NCBI RefSeq assembly: GCF_964355755.1
Contig: NC_092674.1
Coordinates: 13,826,001 to 13,890,000, forward strand
Length of the DNA: 64,000 nucleotides
Source: Antedon mediterranea
Taxonomy: Eukaryota; Animalia; Echinodermata
Direction: 5' to 3'
A program made the translations under genes and the position numbers. Position 1 is the first letter of the stretch. Every line of letters begins with the position of its first letter. Below, piece by piece: positions 52,145 through 64,000 of the stretch. Below the pieces are notes generated by a model. That model made no database searches and was not told the DNA's origin. It saw only the letters and a program-made list of their open reading frames with translations.

Positions 52145-53266
52145 AATGGACCTGAAATGGAATTTCGATTTTCAAGAAATTCACACATGTTATTTAAATG
52201 TATCAAATTAACACAAACCCATACAAATAAAAACAAAATGTATAGTATTTTGAGTAAAAACGAAATGTTAAGATACCATGGTAAATTAGCGAAAATTACT
52301 CACGCCATTGCAATATTCTATTTCAACGGCCGTCGGAAGCCTCTATATTCACGACGTCACATATACACACGATGATATCGAGAGCGTGTATTCCGCCCGA
52401 TAGTCAGTGAATGATCGACGGCCTGGAAAGATACGCGAAGCGTTGACACTAATACTAATTTATTCAATATCTAATGTTGTTGAAATATAGGTCCCTAAAA
52501 TGTAATTCGTTTGTTCTAAACCCCGAATTTAGAAGGCCTACCTCCCAAAGCTTTACTAGGCCTAGGCCCCCCAATCCAGTGCGCGGAGTCGATCCACCAC
52601 CCACATCATGCGGCGAGGCTCCGTTTCATGTGCATCCAAGACCAAAGCGATATCAATAACTTGCTGCGCTCATTGTCAAGCCAAAGTAAAATATGAATAA
52701 AATTCGTTTTCGAACTGCCTGATTCGTGACAAATAAATTATCATCTCATATTACTAATTTAATTCTGCTAAACTAAAAACTAAAGAAACTAACACATTTT
52801 AGCAGTATAAATTACGAACGATACAAAAAACACGAACGGAAAATATGGATACACATCATTGCGCACGGAGCTGTATCCCGGACAACGTTGCCAGGCCAAC
52901 TTCGGTATTGCCAGAAAAAAAACCGTTGATTTTAAGATTTTAAATCGTCATTTACTCGATGAATAACCGTTTATACGTTAATAATTTTATCTAAAAAAAT
53001 TCTAAATACGTTTCTGCAAATGCACAAGCAAGAAAATACTCCATAGATTTCAAGAGTTATAGCCAAAAAACTGCAAATTGTTCATTGGAGGGATAGGAAT
53101 ATATTCGCAAAGTGACGTCACCCGCGATTTTTTTTTATTTTCAAATGGGGCTTTCCCCAAAAGGGCCAATTTATATTTTGTAACAATATACATTCTAGCA
53201 ACACCTAATAGCCCCCAAAACATTATTCTAAAATGAAAAAAATCGAAAATCCATTTCAGGTCCATT
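52145..53266. mobile_element. Kolobok-type element, second copy created by the tandem duplication
   Basis: Same TIRs, TTAA TSDs and flanks as 48036-49156. Confidence 0.75.
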
Positions 53267-54857
53267 TTAAGTAGTTAAACTCGTGCGTTTTTAGAAACCA
53301 CATCGTTATCCCGAAGCTACTGGAACCATTTGATTAGGCTTCCCCACTACCTGATTGGATTCATTTTACCGCTACTTGGAGGGAATATGTTTTTTTAAAT
53401 GTTTTTTATAATCAAATGAAAATCTCCATTTATTGTATCATTTTGCATAACAAGGCCAACAGCCATAAGTCGCGTGCTAAAATGCATAGTGATACCGACC
53501 GACATATTGAACTATAGAATCGCGTCCACGCGACTAAAAACAGTGTTGCTCTACAGCACAATACAATGCAAAGACAAAAAACTGAAAAAAAAAACACGAC
53601 ATATCATTCTCTAACATTCAGTGCCCTAATTCAGTGGCATATGGTAACAATGATTACGGAATTTATTACGAGAGGTGATGGACGTTTTCTTTGAAAATAG
53701 TGCATTGGATAGGTTGGGTGTTTCAAAATTTAATGTGTTTCCTCAGTAAAGTCATCTCTTATAAAAAGGAATCAAATTGAGATTTGCTTAATTATAACTA
53801 CTGTAGTCTATATACCTGAAGCATAACTAACAATACGTTCCAGCTAATTCTTACATGGTGAATAATACTTTCAATGACAGATTTATTTTTTTTAAAAGAC
53901 GTAGGCCTATGGGAGGGTTAACTACAAAAGATTAGAGTCTACGCAAAAGTAAAGCCTATTTAAAACTCTCAGTAATGAGGTCGTGCCATTTAAGATCACT
54001 ACGGTAGTGATTTATTTGCAATCTCAACTTCAGAGTGGGTACCGTACCGTATTTCATTTTTTAGGTGATTTTCCTTTTTTGTGAGTTACTGTGGGTTGAA
54101 TATACTGTATGGGTTGAAAAAGGTCGTAAGATGTTAGTTCATTAGTATCTAGAGTAGGCCTACTGCAAATAGGCCTATGTCAATCTATAATAATAACCCA
54201 CTACTCTAATATTAACCCATGGGGTTACTATTAGAGTCACAACAAATTATGATGCAGCTGTAATTTGAAAATAAGGAGATAATGCATGTTGATCTCGGGA
54301 GTGAGGGAGGATTGAGTGTTTTTGAGTTCAACCAAATTTGTTTATTTGTACTATTTTATTGTTTTACATTGAGTTGCTGACAAGAAAAGTTGGGGGTGGG
54401 TTACTATTTTCAGGTGCCTAATTTAAGATTAGTAATAGTAACCCATTACTATAATAGTAACCTCCCTCCAATAGTAACCCACCTAAAAAACAATCAAAGA
54501 ATAATAACCGAGGGTTACAATTAGAAGATTTACGGTATATAGAGTACTGCTAACCATAATAGTAGGTAACATTTGTTTTATTTGACAAAACATGTGAACT
54601 CACCAAAAATGTACCGTATTGTAATGTAGTATATTTTAAACGTTGACATGACATACTAAACATTGAAAGTTCTTTCTAACAGTGTTTTTTCTCGTGTTAC
54701 TCGGATGTTGTACTTAATTTTTGTTTTATTTATTGTAATGCGCCGTGTTCTTTATATCTTTGATTGTATATTCTTTTTCAATAAGCCGTGTGGAGGATTC
54801 AGGTAATATCTCTTTAAAGGGTAACACCGCGGCTTTAAAATGTATATTACTTATTAT

Positions 54858-55036
54858 ACAGATATTGCCTGCTTAGAGGTGAAATATAAGATTTGACAAG
54901 GGAATGATATTATGTTCGAGAAAATATATATTTCTCGAAGCGTAGCTGAGAGAAATATATAATTCCTCGAGAACATAATAGCATCCCGAGGGGGTGTTAA
55001 ATTTTATATTTTACCGATGTAAAAGACGATATCTGT
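54858..55036. repeat. ~180-bp imperfect hairpin with GCGTAGC apex (Crypton-like terminal palindrome?)
   Basis: ACAGATATTGCCT...TATTATGTTC...TATATATTTCTC [GCGTAGC 54940-54946] GAGAAATATATA...GAACATAATA...AGACGATATCTGT. Confidence 0.6.
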
Positions 55037-55073
55037 TATATTACTTAGCCAACAACAAGTAGAATAACTGCGC

Positions 55074-56760
55074 AGTTGATAATGCAAAACTTTGTAACTA
55101 TTATTGTTAATATGTTATAATAGCCTGGTTTAAATTAAGAAATGATTATGATGAGGTATGGTGATTTAATCAAATATTATAATGCGACGTCCTCACACGT
55201 CTTTGATTTTCTTTCTTCTTCTTTTCTGATCTTTTTAATGTTGATTGGAGTTTAATTTATAGGATGCCTTACGAATGTACTCCTGACACTAAAACACAAT
55301 TCCTGCAGTTCAGATTTATACATATAGTTCTTCCCACAAATAAGTTACTGCACAGAATTGGCCTGGTTCAAGATGATAAATGTTCTATTTGTGGTAAGGA
55401 AAAAAAACCCAAAAAACAGTAGAAATTCTAATACGGTCTTGCGAGAAAACTTCTAAATTGTGGGATGATGTGTTTTATTGGTTCAGGAAATTAGACATCA
55501 CTATTAGATTAAATTATATAGACATATGTTTTGGTATTTTTTTGAATATAAATATTCAACTTTTGTTAATATGATTTTACTTCTTGCTAAGAGATATATA
55601 TATATATAAATGCAAGATAAATGAAATTACTCTTAACTTCATTCACTTTAAAAGATGGGTACTCTTTACAGAAACTGTGGAGAATAATATCGCAAAAATT
55701 AAAAATAAATATAATGTCCATATTAAAAAATAGGAACCAGTATTAGAAAGAGATAACAACAATTGAATGAAACACACCCATAAGCAAATGAAATAATTCA
55801 TTGTAACGCCTTAGTAAATTTGACAATTTATTTCTCTTATATTGTTTTGGTGAATTATGTATATGGGAAAAAGAATTTGACTTTGTAAACCAAATCAATG
55901 TATAGGAGTTGATAATGCAAAACTTTGTAACTATTATTGTTAATATGTTATAATAGCCTGGTTTAAACTAAGAAATGATTATGATGAGGTATGGTGATTT
56001 AATCAAATATTATTATGTGACGTCCACACACGTCTTTGATTTTCTTTCTTCTTTTCTGATCTTTTTAATGTTGATTGGAGTTTAATTTATAGGATGCCTT
56101 ACGAATGTACTCCTGACACTAAAACACGATTCCTGCAGTTCAGATTTAAACATATAATTCTTCCCACAAATAAGTTACCGCACAGAATTGGCCTGGTTCA
56201 AGATGATAAATATTCTATTTGTAGTAAGGAAAAAAAAACCAGTAGAATATCTAATATGGTCCTGCGAGAAAACTTCTAAATTGTGGGACGATGTGTTTTA
56301 TTGGTTCAGGAAATTAGACATCCGTTTTAAAATAGATTATAGAGACATATGCTTTGGTATTTTTTTCAATACAAATTTAAAATTTTATTAACATGTTTTA
56401 ATTTCTTACTAAGAGATATACATATATAAATGCAAGAAATATAAAAGTCCTCTTAACTTCAATCACGTTAAGGACTGTGTACTTTTTACAGAAATTGTGG
56501 AGAATAATATTGCAAAAAATTGAAATAAGTATAATGTCCATATCAAAAACGTATTGTAAACTAAATTAAGGAATAAGAGTTGAAAATGCAAAACTTGGTA
56601 ATCATTTTTGACAAGGGGTTATTATAGCCTGGTTTAACTTAAGAAATGATTATGATGAGGTATTTGTGGTATATCAAACATTGAAAGAGATAATGAAAAA
56701 AGAGAATGACGATTGAAATAATGTGACGTCCTCAAACGTCTTTGGTTTTCCTTTTTGTTT
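55074..56760 (+). repeat. Tandem duplication (~833-bp unit, third partial copy) carrying L1/Tx1 zf-RVT fragments
   Basis: 'agttgataatgcaaaact' at ~55074, ~55907 and ~56578; FLQFRFIHIVLPTNKLLHRIGLVQDDKCSICGKE...C...LW remnants. Confidence 0.8.
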
Positions 56761-58374
56761 CGTTCTGTTGAGTGTAATGTTTTTGATAAAAGGAGAAAAT
56801 AAAAGTTATTGAAAAAAAACAAAAAAAAAACATTTTTTCTTGTAAATTTGACTCAATTTACATTAGTGTCAAACCTGTACAAAGGGCATACAAAAGGAAA
56901 ACTGTTGTAATATTACTACTTACTACTGTTTTAAGTTTGTTTTTATTATTACTTTGTTATTGTATGTGTATATATTATTACTTGTTTAAGACAGAAAAGA
57001 CGTTTAATATATAATTTCAATATAAAATGTAATAACAAAATGAGATAACAACGTTTATGAACCAACGTGGAACCACTTTCAAGATCAAACAATAATATAC
57101 ATAATATACCCTAAAACATCAAAAATAAGTCCATCTCGATATCAAGCCTATTGGGCTTCTTTTCACGATACTATGGGCTTCTTTTTCGAAATAGACTGTA
57201 TTATAATGTCAAAGGAACATAAGTTATGATCGTGTTATTATATGGTATGGATATATTAATGACCTTGCAACCATTTTTAACCATGAACTGGTATATTTAT
57301 TCTACAATTTATTGTTTTCCAAATGCTACTTTTATTTCATCTTGCATCTTCTTGTCTGCTTCCTTGGCAAATATATAAAATTGGCAGAGAATGTTTTAAA
57401 AATCATATATGAAACGTCATTAATTTAATCTTTTTGCGATTAGATTTTGTATTAGAATTATTTAATCAAGTTTAATATCAATCTTTAAATATACATTTTT
57501 GATGAAATAACCGTCTTAAAAAAAACTGTTTACCGGTACATTATTGATTTTTTTTAGTATCAATGTGGTAGTTATTAATAGTTCAAGGGTTTGAATTGTG
57601 TAAATATTGCGTATTTAGTGAATTTAATATAAACCAAGTCTTATTGTAGGCCTAGAGCACAAGCTCGTCCAGGGATGTCGGGTCGTTCGGTTAAAAATAA
57701 TTCTAATCCTAAGGTGCCCTTTTCAAGTTAGAAACCAGCAGCGAAAGTGGTAAATAGGCCTCATGACAATTATTTGGAAAATTCATTCATCTACTACTAT
57801 ACTAGGCCTACAGCTATATTTTCTTTTAAAAATCTTGGCTATGGACTAGGAACAGCGAAGAGTAAGACTCGTTCATCTTTTAAAATTACAGTACAAAGCT
57901 CCCGGCCCTTAAAAAAAACCATCAACAATACCAAAATTGATATTGCTTTTTATTTAATTGTGAATTACTATAAAATAGTGTATTTATGTAATTATTAAAT
58001 AATATATACTAAACACGATCACATCTAACCCAATTCTGTGACAATAAAAAAAAAAGGTTTATCTGATTTTCCAACAGCATTTTTTATATAATCTTGTAAT
58101 ATATTTAGGCCTATAGGCCTAACTTAGTTTACACAATTTTTATTTTTTTTTTATTTTTGTAAATAATTGTATCTGATCATAATGTTATACTAGAAGAAAG
58201 AGATCGGCAATAATAAATAGCAATGTGTCGATTGGTCATGAAGGCACCAACTTCAATTTGTACACCAGGTATAATATAGATCACGCGTTTATTTATTATG
58301 AGTGTTGATATTAACGTTACGTGTATTTTGCCATATACTTTTCATTAAATCAATTGACTTTAGTACAACCTTTA

Positions 58375-58548
58375 CGTAACGTTATATTTTAGAATTATGA
58401 ATGCTGCTTTATTAGTAGTATGGCCTGTGTGGTATATAACGGCGTTGTATCGTCTTCTCGTCTTTAAAATCGACAGCGTAGGACACTGCGATGTCTTGCA
58501 ATGTCCAGCAGATGAAGTGGTGCGCGCTGCGAGTGCTGTCTTACAACC
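58375..58548 (-). pseudogene. Possible heavily decayed ankyrin-repeat coding remnant
   Basis: Across shifting frames: RAPLHL / AGHC / VDFKDE / DTTPLYTT / GHT / AFIILKYN, in ankyrin order; no clean splice sites. Confidence 0.3.
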
Positions 58549-59598
58549 TTATGAATTTAGTGTATGTATATAATGTTTGAAACATTAAATTAGTTAAATG
58601 TAATCCGTAAGTGCCTTGAAAAAAAAAGCTTGTAATATTTTGTATAGATATTTATAGTATTAACCGTACACAAATGTTTTTATAATAGCTATATTATTAT
58701 AGGATAATATCAAATAAAACACTTTATCACATCATTTTGCCCTTTGTGTTACGTCATTGAATATAACCTATATTCGTCTATTGATCCTTCTAATAATATA
58801 AGTTGTCAAAATAAAGTACCGGCACAAACACTTCTTTTATTTTACGATGTATAAATTTATATTATAACTTAACTTAACATACGAATGAACAGTAATCTTT
58901 TACTTGACCACCAGCAGATAAATATGGATACTGTAGGTAATAGGTCTTTACTGTATTCATTTCTGCCAAAGATTTTTATTTTATAATATGGTCGCGTTTA
59001 GTCTGAACTACGCGCGATTTTATGAAATGTTATGATCATAAATTCGAAACCAGATATTTTCCAATACAGCACTGGTTTATAATATCAAAATAGTCAACTT
59101 TCTACAGAGCTTTACCATTTAAAATGCACACAATAAATGTCCTAAAACGTTGCCGGCTATTTTGAGCATTTCAAATTATCATGTCATTGTCCGTCTTGTT
59201 TGCCATTTTTTATGACCTAAAACGAAACACGACATGCAATTTAAACTAATAATTCGTGCGATTACAGCGCCTCAGATGCCAAAAGGTGACAATGTACAAT
59301 TTTTTTTCCGATCCGAAAAATCATATTTCCATCACCGCATTTATAGGTTCTATACAGTGATTTGGCTTAAACTTGGTAAAAAGAATAACACAGGACGTCT
59401 TATACGTATACTGTATATATAATTCAAGCTTAACAGACACAAACTGGAACGCCCACTCACTGGAAATATTAATAAACAAACAATAACTACTACAAACTTG
59501 TGGATCAAGTCTAGCGAATCACCTAACCGTACAATGTACACACGCAACAATAGTGGACTAATCGTACACAGCATAAAGTTTTATTAGCTGGTCTAACT

Positions 59599-59605
59599 TA
59601 TAAAA
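59599..59605 (+). promoter_or_regulatory. Candidate TATA box of the SLC22-like gene
   Basis: TATAAAA ~100 nt upstream of the ATG, with CAGT initiator-like motifs ~25-35 nt downstream. Confidence 0.35.
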
Positions 59606-59704
59606 GGATTATGGCTTCCAATTGGCAGTGCAGTGCAGTCCTCTCCTACTCCAGAGTTTTATTCATTTTATATAGTCACATTGATATCAACTTCGTTTTA
59701 CAAT

Positions 59705-59809
59705 ATGGATTTTGACGATGTTCTAAAACTTCTTGGCGACTTCGGTCGATATCAGAAGCGACAGTATGCCATGGTTTGCCTAATCGTCATTCCTGTGTTG
59801 TTATTTTGA
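59705..59809 (+). pseudogene. SLC22-family organic cation transporter, truncated first exon
   Basis: MDFDDVLKLLGDFGRYQKRQYAMVCLIVIP is a typical SLC22 N-terminus; it then runs into a stop and intron-like sequence. Confidence 0.8.
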
Positions 59810-60075
59810 AGTGATTAACATTTTTTTTTCATTCATTTATTTGGCACTTTGACCAGTGTAATGGTAAAACATGTATGAACATGTTAAAAGCTATCAAATA
59901 CGCTAAATTAATAAATACATTATTGTTTTGTTAAACTAAAATAGGGCATATGTTTTAACATTATAGGACTAATAGAAAATTATTTTAGTTTTTAACAAAA
60001 CAATAATTAATGCATTTGCTCAAATTCTTGATCGAAATTACTCTCTTTAAATACTAATAATCTCTCTTTTTCAAG

Positions 60076-60205
60076 ATTTTTCCCAGAATCGGCACGGTGG
60101 TTGATTTCTCAAAAAAGATATGATGAAGCAAAGAAGATAACTGAGAAGGCAGCAATTGTAAACAACGTTAATTTGCCAACAGATTTTCATTTTTCTGAAA
60201 ACACT
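60076..60205 (+). CDS. SLC22-family exon (post-TM6 loop)
   Basis: TTCAAG|...|GTACGT; FFPESARWLISQKRYDEAKKITEKAAIVN (PESxRWL signature). Confidence 0.85.
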
Positions 60206-60772
60206 GTACGTGTAATAGTTATTACATATAATTAGGTATATGAAACGTTATCGAATATTTCTTAATTTTAAAACAATGATTGTTTATAATATTGAAAATT
60301 GTCAGTAATAATAATATTCATTCACATACAAGATACAAAATGTTTTTATTGGTTTTTCCTGATGGTAAAACAATTACAATATATACAGAGATTTCAACAA
60401 CGAACGGATTTAAAGAGGCATAGAGACATTACAAACCACCAGAGTTGAATACTGGAATCAATTTATAAACGGTGAAGATGTATATGTATCTTATCCCGTA
60501 TCTTTTTAAAAGTCAACATGGGCACATTTATCTTGGTTCTGGTATTCCTTGATAGACAAACGATAAAAATATGAAGATAAAAATGTATACACCTACACAC
60601 GAAACAAGGGTATTTTATTAAGTTATCAACAGCAAAAGATATGTATGTTTCCTAAATTTAAACGCACCTTTCTATATTGCGGTAAAAGCTTCTTAGATAT
60701 TTTGACTAGGATGTAATTATGTTAAAGTTATAACATTTCTTCTATTCACTTGCTGAACTTTTATATTTTCAG

Positions 60773-60858
60773 GGTAAACCATCTTCACCCATGTCGTTTC
60801 TTGATTTATTTAGACCATGGCCAGTTTGTAAGCGAACATTTAATGTTATGTTATGCTG
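60773..60858 (+). CDS. SLC22-family exon (loop to TM7)
   Basis: TTTCAG|GKPSSPMSFLDLFRPWPVCKRTFNVMLC(W)|GTAAGT; phase-compatible with both neighbours. Confidence 0.85.
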
Positions 60859-61509
60859 GTAAGTTATGCTTATAATATATTTTACCTGATGTGTACGGAT
60901 CTTTTTTTTAGGAAACACTAAACGTCTACACAAGCAAACTTTTCATTTTGTTTACTGCATGGTGACAAAAACTTAAAGAACCTCAGGAAACTTCTGAAAA
61001 ATAAAAGTTTGTCTCCACTTCCCTAAAGCATATTCTACACTAGCATAGTTTACTTAACAATTTGGAGATGTTTTTGTGTCTGTTGGACACTAGTTACTAG
61101 AGGCTTTTGACGATCTAACTTCTGCAAACTAAATAGTTTTCTTTAGTTTTGTCAAGTTTTCCGCTAACAGACATTGGAAAACTTCCTTTGTCAAACTCGA
61201 AATTGGCAAACTAAAGCTGTCTAAATACCTTAGCATCTACCATTGCTTGGAGAATTTTGTTTGCCTGCTGTTACTGGAGTCTGTCATTTTGCAGGCCTTC
61301 TTCAAACGATGGTTTTCAGCAGTTTTCCAAAATCAAATTTGCAAACTAGAGTTTGCTAGAGGATAGACTAGGCTGATTATCAATAGCGTGTTAGTATTAT
61401 TCAATAGTTACCATACGTCAAAGGCGACAATATATTTCAATTTTATCAATACCGTGACTATTTTTAATAATAATAATTGTTTAAATATTTAAATATTGTT
61501 TTTTTTAAG

Positions 61510-61718
61510 GATTGCTGTTAATATCTCCTACTTTGGCCTCTCTCTGAGTACTTCTGATTTTGGCGTTAATCATTACATATCTTTTCTTGTATCTGGTGCT
61601 ACCGAGATACCAGCCTATGCATTGAGTATTGTAGCTCTGGACTATTTTGGACGCAGACGATCTTTATCAGCAACATTGTTACTCGGTGGCGTTGCTTGTT
61701 TACTAACTATTTTTATTC
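61510..61718 (+). CDS. SLC22-family exon (TM7-TM9)
   Basis: TTTAAG|(W)IAVNISYFGLSLSTSDFGVNHYISFLVSGATEIPAY...DYFGRR...LTIFI|GTAAGT; the gene presumably continues beyond the window. Confidence 0.88.
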
Positions 61719-62149
61719 GTAAGTAAACAACAACACCAATAATGATAATAATGATAATAATAAAATAATTTATAATGCCCACAGCTGCAGTATACATACA
61801 TGTATAAAACCATTTATGTTAAAAAATGAATAAAACAAGTTAAAATTCTATAAAGGTCTACGACAACTAGTGGTACTAAGGTAATTAAACTGTTTGTTTA
61901 AAGGATTTGGTATTTGCTTCCATAGTCAAATACAGAATTAGCTTTCGAAAGTATTACCTTTCGAATTACAACGTAAAAACTTACACGGACACCTTTCAGT
62001 AGTATTAAAATACTACATTATTATAAGAATGAGGACAGTAACATTTCAGCACTTAAGTCCTAATAGAAGTCTGTGTAATTTAAACAAGTCATCAATAGAT
62101 AATAATTCTAGCACTTTCAATCTATACAAATAAGATGTGTCACAGGAAC

Positions 62150-62430
62150 CTTTCTAAACAGCATTATCCTTGTTGCTTTCCTTTGTATACCGGTACTTTC
62201 TATTCTATTAATTAACTTCTCATGGTGCCCACATTGACGATCTTGTTGTACGCGGTATAGTAAACTTCTCCATAACATTCTCCAGCTGTCCAAAGTCTGA
62301 TGGAACTCTAAACAGTATAGTATCATCTGATGATCTAAGTGAGCAAGCTGGTTGATACGATACAAGATTCTACTCAAATAATAATTTGGAGCAATATTCT
62401 GTCGTGCTTTAAATGTGGTTATGAGTAATT
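62150..62430 (-). mobile_element. Old LINE ORF2 C-terminal fragments
   Basis: LINRIES..IQRKATR and NIAPNY remnants. Confidence 0.4.
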
Positions 62431-62452
62431 CACACTTAATCCTGCGATGAAC

Positions 62453-64000
62453 TCAATTCAATTCAATTCAATTCAAGGAACATTTATTCACGTCCAAAAG
62501 ACAAAAGTAACAAAAACAAAATGGCAAGTGATAAAACAGGAAAATGGACGAAGGCAAATCCCAAAAAGATACCAATCTTGTGACGGGATTGCCTTTACAA
62601 AATATTTAAATAAGAGAAGAAAAAAAAAAAAATATATAAACAAAGAAAATAAATTAATTAGACAATAAAGAAATACAAAATATATATAAAACCAGTAGAT
62701 AAAAGTTGGAATAAAAAATAAAAAAAGAACAGAAAAAAGTACAGCTGCATGGCATATAGCGAATATGATGACAATTGAATAATAAAGATAGCAAGTCACG
62801 GAACATGGAAAAAACGACCATATCAAACATATCGATCAGTACTGAGACAAAAGGTAATTTTTTATGTTATTATTAAATGAATAGCGGTTGGCAGCACAGG
62901 AAATTGAGGGGGGTAAATTGTTAAACAATAGAGGTCCAGAATATCTAATGCTATGTTGAAAATAATTGGTGTTATGGTTAGGGATATATATGTTATTTCT
63001 TGTTCTAGTATAATATTTATGAACGGTATTATTAGGAGCGAAAAGGTCGTTTAGATGGCAAGGGAGAAGTGAGTGAGTGGCCAAAAAAACAAAGACACCT
63101 TGCTGGGATAGGTTAATGTCCGAGAGTTTGAGAAGATTGAGTTTGGAGAATAAGTGGGAGGAATGTGACAGTGGATGAGCGCCAGATATAGTCCTGATAG
63201 CTTTTTTTTGTAGGATAGAGAGTTTAATGATGTTTGAAGGGTAAGTGTTGGCCTAGACAATGTTACCATAGCTCAAATAAGGAAGGATGAGTGTGCAATA
63301 AAGGGTCCTGAGAATATTAGTTGGGAGGAAGGAAGAAAGCCTAGAAATGATCCCAAGGTTCTTAGACACTTTGTTCTCAATTTCTTGGATATGGGGTTTC
63401 CATGAGAGAGAGTTGTCGATGATAATGCCAAGAAATTTATTATACTTAACAGAGGGAATTTCTTGATTATCAATAACGACTTTAAATGGGGACACATCAA
63501 TACCTCTAGTCAACTGCGGGGTTCCGAATAGGATGTAACTACATTTATTATGATTGAGGGAGAGTTTGTTGGCAATAAAGTACTGGGACAAGGGGATAAC
63601 GTTGGTATTAAAGGTGTCAAAAAGAGTTTGGATATTTTTGTTGGCATGAAAAACTGTAGTGTCATCAGCATATAGAAAAAAATTTAGCAGGTTTGAGGTT
63701 CGGTGGATATCATTAATGTAAAAGGTGAACAGAAGCGGGCCAAGTAAGGAGCCCTGGGGAACGCCACAGGTGATAGGGCAAAAATTAGAAATAGAGTTAA
63801 AATATTTAGTACATTGGGAGCGGTTAGTGAGATAGCTTTTGAAAACGTTTAAGGCGGGTCCTCGGATTCCATAGTGAGACAATTTAAAAAGAAGAATATT
63901 ATGATCAATGGTGTCGAAAGCCTTGGAAAGGTCGATGAAAAGTCCGATTCCAAATTGACGATTTTCGAATGCATGAATAATTTTGTTAGTGAGGTCGATC
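62453..64000 (-). mobile_element. CR1/L2-group LINE 3' half (related to the 39888-44117 element), disrupted, runs off the window
   Basis: [25 protein letters not shown]; stop at 63253 and a frameshift near 63090; AATAAA and (TTGAA)n tail at 62453-62488. Confidence 0.92.

Larger units (their letters stand above)
47945..54850. repeat. Recent tandem duplication, period ~4.11 kb (47945-~50765 vs 52054-~54850)
   Basis: Near-identical sequence; duplicated ORFs 48048/52157, 48365/52474 and 48940/53050. Confidence 0.95.

Noticed and set aside
48048-53265. Identical short ORF pairs (48048/52157, 48365/52474, 48940/53050)
   Set aside because: Identity reflects the recent 4.1-kb duplication of a non-coding transposon; no protein motifs.
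61027-61374. Harbinger-like MITE in the SLC22 intron
   Set aside because: TIR similarity is partial and no matching TSD was found.

Overview
AT-rich, TE-dense animal genomic DNA with spliceosomal introns; the TE repertoire suggests a marine invertebrate, possibly an echinoderm (inference). About 55 kb (1-54850) is a minus-strand ankyrin-repeat locus built from tandemly duplicated multi-kb intron+exon modules. Each module carries one 99-nt, phase-0 exon encoding exactly one 33-aa ankyrin repeat. Three exons are intact (6476-6574, 17601-17699, 47449-47547), one has a 43-nt deletion (35073-35128), and several module copies have lost the exon. Because the modules are paralogous, empty and filled insertion sites can be compared directly. 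They show an 8-kb EnSpm/CACTA-type element with satellite-like subterminal arrays, a Tx1/L1 fragment, two CR1/L2-group LINEs (one with an intact 1010-aa ORF2), a Helentron-type short element and many TA-based micro-insertions that look like excision footprints. A solo LTR, an AcademX derivative, Kolobok-type elements and a Penelope-type inverted repeat are recognised from termini and motifs. The right end holds a plus-strand SLC22-family transporter gene missing most of its N-terminal half, followed by an antisense LINE. All calls come from reading the sequence; no database searches were run.
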